From sequence record MK308676.1: 64,000 bases of DNA; one strand, written 5' to 3'. Positions 58,201 through 64,000 of the stretch are shown in pieces (positions within the stretch are counted from its first letter, which is position 1; every line of letters begins with the position of its first letter). The notes beneath the pieces are model-generated. The model was not told where the DNA came from, did no database searches, and saw nothing but the letters and a program-made list of their open reading frames with translations. The position numbers and the translations under genes are program-made.

Positions 58201-59552
58201 AAGCTCTTTCTTTAACCGCGGCGATTCTAAACGACTTCGACAACACGAAGAACTATGCTGCCAACGAGGTCATCACTCGCGGAGGTGCTACCTACCGTGT
58301 TAAGACTCCTGGCATTAAAGCTAGCTTCGTAGAAAGCGATTGGGACCGCATCGATGAGCGTCCTACGTTCCGTGGCGAATGGGCTCAGGCTAATGCTTAT
58401 AAAGCAGCTGACTTCGTAGTTCGCGACAGTATCCTTTACACTGCCAACGATGATGTTCCGGCAACAACTGCATTCTCAGTCGGCACTACCGGCGCTACAT
58501 GGAAACGTCAGTCGCCAGAGAACATTGCAGTTGAGCACGTAGGTGCTGAGATTACGGTAACTGAGGGACAACCTGTTCTTCATCGCCGTGTTCTTTACTT
58601 CGCAACACAGACGGTAACCATTCCTGATGCGTTCGATGAAACCGGACTTAAGAAGATTGGTCGCTTCGGCATGACCGAGCAAACCTTCGAAGCCGATACT
58701 TGGTTCCCTGCTGGTTGGTTAATGCGTCAAGACGATAAAGTCTACAAAGCGAAAACGGACTTTACCACTGCGACGGCCTTTGATGTTGCTGACTGGGATT
58801 TAGTTTCTCATGACTACGCGTTCATTGTAGAGTTCAGCACAGCTGACACTTACTACAAAGACCAAATCGTTATCAACTCTAAACTACTTTACCGTGCTAA
58901 TACAGACGTTACTGTAGCGGGTGCTTGGGACTCTGCCCAATGGGACCAATTGGCTCCAGCTGAAGCAGCTCGTATCGAGACTCATGACGAGACTAACGAA
59001 TACCTACTTGACGACATTGTCTTCAAAGACGGTATGTTGTGGCGTGCTAACTCTGCCATCGCAGCGAACACTCCGTTCGTTAAGGGCACGAGTGCCAACG
59101 AATGGCGTGCAGCCATTGAACTTAAGATTAAAGCGTTTGCTGAAGGTGAGAACATTCTTACCGGAGAGTACCGCTTAATCGAAGGTCACTTAGCCGTAGC
59201 AAAAGAAGACATTGCATCTACTGCTGCGTACGCTACGGAAACTGAGAAGTGGAGTATTCTGTCTCACGACATCTCCAAACTTAAGATGGTTTACCCAGTC
59301 CGCGAATACTTACCGGCCGAGACAAACATCAACTATGATGGTTCAATCGACGGTTCAGTATCCGACACTTGGGTAGTCACGGGTAGCTTACCGACTACAG
59401 AACTTTCAGTGTTACTATGGTTAGGTTACGAGTTCCACTTAGGTGGCCTAGACGTAACTGACAAAGTAGTACAGAAGGGTTCGTCAGCACCGTATGGTTT
59501 CGGCATTAGCGGTGTCTGGATTGAGTCAGGCGACGTCCTAGAGGTACGATAA
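55218..59552 (+). CDS. virion-associated protein with about 26 CBM5/12 (ChtBD3)-like repeats
   Basis: Repeated W/F....Y...D.V...G.LYRA.......F....W units of about 45-50 aa along the whole length. Confidence 0.72.
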   Translation: MSSKLIFTMQYFRGEKKREYLADPETGLIPGTGETGGGLEEYDRAKAWDKDDVVIRDGAIFQANEDIPAGSSFIEGLTGPTWLKLGAEAVATLPDYAVGIRYLKDQAIARGRVIYRAKNDFTSAAWNPAQWETVFSEDAVRDKVADFSTAQSYVTHELVAYNGDIYAANEDMAAGAFDASKWQNLTTPNVTYVDDYAPGTVYTKDAVVMRNGQLFRATQQTATAWDEGDWQAVSSVSTVRGYWDLNATYKANEIVIANDRFYRANGDIGSGTTFTVGTGTEEWTEVSGPVTPPITADDFKASTLYAKNQVIVVNGILYRAKAEFTSLSAFSIADWDPVSYDPETAVDAWQANTDYKAGQLATLVVNGRNTLYRARADITGGASFVAAEWDDLTQTSTWRAEWDISNIYAKDDVVWRAGHLYIANDAVPINTAWVEGITGATWARLLAEPVSKISVWAATTSYQKDELLAYDGNIYRVEAPFVSGAAFTSGGLELLTAGKYTKIPAFRGSNAYVQDETIAEGGILYRAKADFTSATNFNEADWEVIADIATNILYDFSITEDYVENEIVFHLDSIWRAKGDLAPGAWDESDWEFVSEYSTFKGQHVQARDYKQDDVVIHNNRLYRANSNIAGGTAFLAGSGGNQWTEVSPPGNPSAPDWASSTAYVQHNLVIHGGVLYRCKTDHTSGSSFLASQWETLKAEAATLASTYQNGQEYVLDQLIEYNGILYRCIEAMLSSPVTFEPDKWQGVSVSYIRISAHSASAVYREGELIWHVNRLYRAKAGINPGRAFSLNDWAISEDTNYVSEYAENEDYRLGQLIRSGVDLYIANEAITGAPAVLDETKWNRVGYRPTVQGAHDDTLAYKQGDIVLKEGTWYEANADIAANVALSEGTTGATWKRVTDSMTIKAHAADAIFFPGQLCLHEERVYTAKEFLTVDSSNTFQSIKWEKLGSFVTLAEDYQDNIEYKKDQIIFHLSVLYRRIATGTDTTWTAANWQALSLTAAILNDFDNTKNYAANEVITRGGATYRVKTPGIKASFVESDWDRIDERPTFRGEWAQANAYKAADFVVRDSILYTANDDVPATTAFSVGTTGATWKRQSPENIAVEHVGAEITVTEGQPVLHRRVLYFATQTVTIPDAFDETGLKKIGRFGMTEQTFEADTWFPAGWLMRQDDKVYKAKTDFTTATAFDVADWDLVSHDYAFIVEFSTADTYYKDQIVINSKLLYRANTDVTVAGAWDSAQWDQLAPAEAARIETHDETNEYLLDDIVFKDGMLWRANSAIAANTPFVKGTSANEWRAAIELKIKAFAEGENILTGEYRLIEGHLAVAKEDIASTAAYATETEKWSILSHDISKLKMVYPVREYLPAETNINYDGSIDGSVSDTWVVTGSLPTTELSVLLWLGYEFHLGGLDVTDKVVQKGSSAPYGFGISGVWIESGDVLEVR

Positions 59553-59559
59553 AGTCATA

Positions 59560-59583
59560 GAGGAGGGCTTCGGCCCTCCTCTA
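59560..59583 (+). terminator. intrinsic terminator hairpin
   Basis: AGAGGAGGGC-TTCG-GCCCTCCTCT. Confidence 0.75.
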
Positions 59584-59719
59584 TTCTTCTCTTTCGTCAA
59601 ATCCTCTGAGAAGGCCCGTTTTCCCTAATCCTAGGCTAACTCAACGTCAGAGGTAAACAGGTATGTTTTCTACGACTATATATAACAATATCTTTAAAGT
59701 CGACATCCAGGGGCAAGAC

Positions 59720-60076
59720 ATGGCCGAGACATACTCTCGCTCAGGTCAAGACGATGTCGGTCTCGAATGGTTAGGAAGACTTTCACTTCGCTTAGCGCAT
59801 TACGTGGCATATCTGCGCGTCGTGCAATCTGCTGAAGATGCTTGTCTTTTCGTTAATGAACAGGTGGACTTACTCTTAACAGAGCTTTCATCCTCAAATG
59901 TGTTCCCCGACCGTGACTCCGATGTGATTACGGTAGAAACAATGCAAGCTTTGAGATTTCTAATGGAAGAAGTTCCCACTGCACAAGACCACTTCATTAA
60001 TCAAATCGCTCAAGAGATTGAAAGCGGCCAAGTCAGCAAGGAAGCTGAGTTCTTGCGCCCTCTCGGTTCTTTTTAA
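59720..60076 (+). CDS. hypothetical protein (118 aa)
   Basis: AGGGG RBS before ATG 59720; followed by a terminator. Confidence 0.65.
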   Translation: MAETYSRSGQDDVGLEWLGRLSLRLAHYVAYLRVVQSAEDACLFVNEQVDLLLTELSSSNVFPDRDSDVITVETMQALRFLMEEVPTAQDHFINQIAQEIESGQVSKEAEFLRPLGSF

Positions 60077-60103
60077 GATTGAGATAAAACAATAATAAAA
60101 TAA

Positions 60104-60131
60104 AGCAGGAAGGTTTCGGCCTTCCTGCATT
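60104..60131 (+). terminator. intrinsic terminator
   Basis: GCAGGAAGG-TTTCGG-CCTTCCTGC followed by a T-rich run. Confidence 0.75.
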
Positions 60132-60147
60132 TATACTATTTTTCATC

Positions 60148-60200
60148 AAAAAAAAAATAAGTCATGTCTCTTCCCTAAGCCCATTAAGGCTTAGGGAAGA
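60148..60200 (-). terminator. intrinsic terminator with a long U tract
   Basis: Minus strand CTCTTCCCTAAGCC-TTAAT-GGGCTTAGGGAAGAG-ACATG-ACTTA-T10. Confidence 0.8.
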
Positions 60201-60729
60201 GTTAGACTCTTAAAGTTAAAATCCATGTGGCGTCTACGCCATTAAAAGTTTGGTTAGTTTAGGGTTGTGCTTTTGAAGGTGGTGTCACGAATGTTTATAG
60301 CCTTTAGACACACGATATTATCCCGTGGCTTTTGCCCGTGTGGCGGACTTGTTTTTGTCTGCACTGGCATGGCGAGTGCAGCGAGACATGCAGTTGACCT
60401 TTGAGAGGTTTGTGTTTGCATGCATATAGACAATATGGGTCTTACTTTTCCTTCAAACCCAAATCCTCGGAACGCTGGTGTTATCTTGTCGATATCCTTG
60501 GACTCGATGAACAGGCGTGGCGAAGTACTACTCACGTTTTGTTTCCTCCTTATATTAAGTCCCCTACCTTCAACGCTAAAGGAACGAGAGGGACAGTAAA
60601 TGTTTCCAGAGACAATGACAATAAATCCGTTATCCGTCAAGCGTACGTGCAGCTCTGAGAAACCTAGCCGGTTATTACTTTTCTAATTTTTAAACAAATA
60701 GGCGGTGTGGTTCGCCATAGAATTAAACA

Positions 60730-60770
60730 AAATAAAAACATACAGGACGGTACCCGAAGGCACCGTCCTA
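60730..60770 (-). terminator. intrinsic terminator
   Basis: GGACGGT-ACCCGAAGGC-ACCGTCC hairpin with a T-rich run on the minus strand, after the stop at 60789. Confidence 0.7.
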
Positions 60771-60788
60771 TCTAGGTAAAACTAAGAC

Positions 60789-61736
60789 TTAGTATTCCGC
60801 TGGAGCGGTCCAGAATTTAGTGAAGTCGTAAAGAATATCTTCCGGAGCTTCTTCTTCTGCACCTTCAGTTTGGTCAGCGATACCAACACGTACAAGCTTA
60901 AGTACGCGACCTTCATCGTCGTACTCGTTGCGACCAGTACAGCTAACTGTACCTTGGGTGCATTGCTCTAGCATGTTGCCTTTGTCATCCCACTTGAATG
61001 TGATAACGGTGTCGCCTACTGGTGGCGGAGCGTAGTAAGTAGCCGTTTCCATCAGACCAGTATCTTCGTTATGGGCGAAGGTAGCGTGATGACGGAACAT
61101 ATCGCGGTCTAGTTTAGCGGGTAGTTTGCCTTTACTAGTCGCATCGAATTCACCTACGTGATGTTCTACTGGCCAGTCTTTACCGTTGTAGATATGACGG
61201 TCAACAGAAATCTTACCGGTCTCTTGGAAAGAACGACCGTCTTCGCCATGAACAAGAATAGGTTGATGTTCTTCTTTAACGCGACCTTGCTTGTCGTAGA
61301 TTACGTTATAGATGACCATGTGCACTTTCTTAGTAGCACGGTCTACAACTGCCTGTTCAATAGTCAGGCCGCTGTCTGCACGATAACGTGTACGAGTTAG
61401 ACTACCGTCGGCATAGTGCGACCAACCGATGATTTCATCTTTCTCTGCATCGATTTCAAATGTTTCACGATGTGTAGGATAGATGACCATCATTGGAACG
61501 CCATCTTCTAACCACGTTGTTTGCGTAATGATTCCGCGAATATGGTCAGACCAAATGCCTTCGATAGAAAGGAAGCGACCTACCGTAGTAGGGATGATGT
61601 TATTACGCTTAAGTACTTCTACCTGAGCCGGGTCCATACCTAACAAGATTAATGCTCGCGCATCGATTGGTGCATTAAGAACTTGCTTTTGTGCTTCGGT
61701 TGGATTTTCAGGAAGAGTGATTTGTGGCTTATCCAT
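60789..61736 (-). CDS. hypothetical protein with YD/RHS-like beta-hairpin repeats
   Basis: IYDKQGRVKEE, WDDKGNMLEQ and EYDDEGRVLK units. Confidence 0.6.
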   Translation of the reverse strand: MDKPQITLPENPTEAQKQVLNAPIDARALILLGMDPAQVEVLKRNNIIPTTVGRFLSIEGIWSDHIRGIITQTTWLEDGVPMMVIYPTHRETFEIDAEKDEIIGWSHYADGSLTRTRYRADSGLTIEQAVVDRATKKVHMVIYNVIYDKQGRVKEEHQPILVHGEDGRSFQETGKISVDRHIYNGKDWPVEHHVGEFDATSKGKLPAKLDRDMFRHHATFAHNEDTGLMETATYYAPPPVGDTVITFKWDDKGNMLEQCTQGTVSCTGRNEYDDEGRVLKLVRVGIADQTEGAEEEAPEDILYDFTKFWTAPAEY

Positions 61737-61770
61737 TTTGGGTTCCTTCTATAGTAACAAAGAATTAGGG

Positions 61771-62352
61771 TTAGGCGTTTTTATTGACTTCGCAGATAGC
61801 TTCTTCAACTTGCAAGTCTAAAGCATCATAGTTATCACGGAAATGAAACGCACGGATGTGTGGATTGGGATGGTTGTTGACTTGGTCGCAGTTACGGATG
61901 AAGTCGTCTAATAACCAAACCTCATCCCACTGATGGGACTGCTGAAGTTGATTCATGACAGCAGCCTTCTCTCCACTGCCTTGAACGATATGGAAATGTT
62001 CCAGCGTATGGGCACTATTAGGAAGGTTACGAATAATCCACTGCTGTTTAGTCGACTTGGCTAACGTAGGGTTCGGATATAGGCCGAAAGCCGTTAACCA
62101 ACCTAAAGTAAAGAAACCTTGCGCTTCTAGAGAAAGCTGACTTTCCCATAGCTCTTTAAAGCCGGGTAAGATTTCTAGATGTTTAAAAGCGCTTGGGTTT
62201 TCAGCATAGTAATGCTGCATGATTTCTTGACGCTCTTCAGGAGACTTGTCGTTGAATTCTCGGATGTTCTCGTAGCCGTAACGTTCGCAGACGGGACCTC
62301 GCCAGTTACAAGCGAATTCGTCCATGTCATTAAGTAGTAGAATCTTTTTCAT
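61771..62352 (-). CDS. HAD-family 5'(3')-deoxyribonucleotidase-like protein
   Basis: LLLNDMDEFACNW (DxD), WLTA and WLLDDFIRN motifs. Confidence 0.7.
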   Translation of the reverse strand: MKKILLLNDMDEFACNWRGPVCERYGYENIREFNDKSPEERQEIMQHYYAENPSAFKHLEILPGFKELWESQLSLEAQGFFTLGWLTAFGLYPNPTLAKSTKQQWIIRNLPNSAHTLEHFHIVQGSGEKAAVMNQLQQSHQWDEVWLLDDFIRNCDQVNNHPNPHIRAFHFRDNYDALDLQVEEAICEVNKNA

Positions 62353-63035
62353 TACATCGTCTCTATTTTGATTTTGTAACCGATGGAGTTCAATAACTTC
62401 TGCATGTCGTCAAAAGTAATCTTACCGCCGGTTGCTGCCGTAGACACAGCCGCTGCTGTTAGTCCACTTTTAAAGGATAGGTCTTCTTCAGTTAAGTTCC
62501 GTTCATCCATGTAATCTTTTAAATGAATCGAAAGCTCGTCTGACGAAGACTTGTATGTCTTAGGTAGTTGAATATCTAGGTAGTAGCCATAATATGCCAT
62601 GTATTGCATTGCAGATACAAAGGCCTTAGTTGGACCATAACCTAGAAGATGATGGAACGTATTCTCAGAGATACCATAAGCAGGGACATCCCGATACGTT
62701 AGCTCTGAAGTCTTGGAAAGCTCTCGGATAACAGAAGGCGTTAACCAATCGCAGTTCCAACTAAGTTCCGCACCTAAGTGATTGAGTAGCCCGTCAGGAA
62801 TTACCCAACATGTCATCTTAAGTCCTAAGGTACTAAAGAAGCGAAGCATTCGAGGCACTTGCTTATCGAAGCTTTTATTCTTCTCAAACTTATAGACCGC
62901 ACCTTCTGTGTGGCCCATAAGTTTACTAAGGCGTGTAGCAGCAATTCCTCGCTCCAACCGCCTTTCCTTTAGACGTTCTGACGTCAGGTAGTTCCAAGGG
63001 ACCTTTTCTTCCAGTAGGACGCCTTGGAGTTTCAT
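62352..63035 (-). CDS. protein with three tandem XRE-like HTH domains
   Basis: LKERRLERGIAATRLSKLMG..., IRELSKTSELTYRDV..., LKDYMDERNLTEEDLSFKSGLT...; GGAG RBS before ATG 63035. Confidence 0.65.
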   Translation of the reverse strand: MKLQGVLLEEKVPWNYLTSERLKERRLERGIAATRLSKLMGHTEGAVYKFEKNKSFDKQVPRMLRFFSTLGLKMTCWVIPDGLLNHLGAELSWNCDWLTPSVIRELSKTSELTYRDVPAYGISENTFHHLLGYGPTKAFVSAMQYMAYYGYYLDIQLPKTYKSSSDELSIHLKDYMDERNLTEEDLSFKSGLTAAAVSTAATGGKITFDDMQKLLNSIGYKIKIETM

Positions 63036-63037
63036 AC

Positions 63038-63475
63038 CTATAGCTCCACGTCGCACTCAGGAGCAAGAGAGCGCATGTTAGAGGCGTTCTCTACTAAGTG
63101 TAGTACGTTCTCCTCAGTAACAGCGAACTTAAGGTTCACGTCCTTTTGGAGAGGCTTATAGAAGCAAGGAACGACTACGTTCACGATGCCGCCATACGGT
63201 ACAGTGATTTCGTCGGTGCCGAGCTCACTATAAATCTGCGTACGCAGTAACGTCTCGCCAAACAACTGGTCAGACGCAATAATGTCCGAGTTAGGCAAGT
63301 AGATAACTAACGGCCAAAACAGGTAGTTTTTATCTTGCGAGTCTAACCAAGCTGCCATAGGCTGATTGCTTTCACTCTTATACTCAACGGTCTCCGTCAG
63401 TACTTTCATGAAGGCATTCATTTTGTGGGACTTAACGTGCACCACTAACGTTTCAAACGGATTAGATAAAGCCAC
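63038..63475 (-). CDS. hypothetical protein
   Basis: AGGAGG RBS before GTG 63475 (145 aa), which removes the overlap with the upstream gene. Confidence 0.65.
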   Translation of the reverse strand: MALSNPFETLVVHVKSHKMNAFMKVLTETVEYKSESNQPMAAWLDSQDKNYLFWPLVIYLPNSDIIASDQLFGETLLRTQIYSELGTDEITVPYGGIVNVVVPCFYKPLQKDVNLKFAVTEENVLHLVENASNMRSLAPECDVEL

Positions 63476-63485
63476 AGAGGCCTCC

Positions 63486-63980
63486 TTATTTCTTCTTGCG
63501 GTTTGCTTTACGTCCTTGCTTGCTTTTAGCGCGGGACTTCTTAATTGCTGCACGAGAGCGCTTATGTGGGTTTACTTCCAAACCCATTGCGTCGTTCTGT
63601 GCTTTCTTCTCATCTTCCCATGGTTTAGGGGCAACATGTGAATAGGTCCACTGAGGACGACTAAAGAGAGGGTCACGGAAGAAGTTCTCGTCTCCCGTAG
63701 GGCAGATAGCCCATGGGCCAACATCTACGTCTGGTAGTAAATCGTCAACCATGGATTTGCAGCCAGGAGTCAGCGCCACGGTCGGATTAGCCATCATAGA
63801 AGCAGTAGCCAAAGCCATCGCCGTCTTCATGCTCATTCCGCCAGAGTTAACGCGTCCTCCGCGAGGAATGAAACCTACCGCGGTTGAACCGATTTCTCCT
63901 ACTAGGGCTTGGGCTACTTCTGGAAGAATGCCTTTCTCCGTAAGAACGCCAACTCGACTACTAAACTCAGCAGCTTTCAT
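63486..63980 (-). CDS. hypothetical protein with a basic C-terminal tail
   Basis: 164 aa; ends KRSRAAIKKSRAKSKQGRKANRKKK. Confidence 0.65.
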   Translation of the reverse strand: MKAAEFSSRVGVLTEKGILPEVAQALVGEIGSTAVGFIPRGGRVNSGGMSMKTAMALATASMMANPTVALTPGCKSMVDDLLPDVDVGPWAICPTGDENFFRDPLFSRPQWTYSHVAPKPWEDEKKAQNDAMGLEVNPHKRSRAAIKKSRAKSKQGRKANRKKK

Positions 63981-64000
63981 TTCACTTACGGTTCTTGCTG

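Noticed and set aside
39613-59552. Diversity-generating retroelement or invertase-driven fibre switching
   Set aside because: No reverse transcriptase, recombinase, template/variable repeat pair or inverted crossover sites seen; the two fibre paralogues are diverged at DNA level
55218-59552. CRISPR-like or non-coding tandem array
   Set aside because: The repeats are degenerate and protein-coding, with differences at synonymous positions; no repeat-spacer structure anywhere in the window
584-60000. Numerous short antisense or alternate-frame ORFs in the track (e.g. 584..856, 2813..3328, 15613..16203)
   Set aside because: They lie within longer genes with recognisable motifs, lack RBSs and have shadow-ORF composition
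21077-60157. Poly-A tracts (21077-21085, 60148-60157) as slippage or phase-variation sites
   Set aside because: Both are intergenic and adjoin hairpins, consistent with terminator U tracts
60401-60658. 85-aa plus-strand ORF
   Set aside because: TTG start without RBS, antisense to the local gene orientation and to the flanking terminators
60200-60730. tmRNA or tRNA
   Set aside because: No tRNA-like acceptor/T-arm ends and no tag frame ending in a typical ...AA stop

Overview
This 64-kb window is a fragment of a phiKZ-like jumbo phage genome. No host DNA, tRNA gene or CRISPR array was seen. (1) 0.2-20 kb holds the conserved head/virion-RNAP/tail block: prohead protease, head proteins, virion RNA polymerase beta and beta' genes, a tail protein with an M23 peptidase domain, and a baseplate protein. 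Each RNAP gene is split by a group I intron whose homing endonuclease lies in the P1 loop, and one intron sits inside the catalytic GAD^FDGD motif. (2) 20-39 kb holds small hypotheticals, the vRNAP beta C-terminal subunit, RecA/UvsX, inner-head proteins, SbcC/Rad50, the central spike, RNase H and a two-component spanin. (3) 39.6-59.6 kb is a 20-kb adsorption-apparatus cluster. It has three paralogous adaptor-like proteins, a T4 gp34-like fibre base, and two giant LamG/SPRY proteins carrying 14 and 7 EPTP/EAR-like propeller repeats inserted at the same site. It also has a permuted NlpC/P60 enzyme and a protein with about 26 CBM5/12-like repeats. (4) 59.6-64 kb holds accessory genes: a YD-repeat-like protein, a HAD nucleotidase and a triple-HTH protein. 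A marine gammaproteobacterial (Vibrio-like) host is only an inference. All family assignments come from motif recognition by eye; no database search was run.
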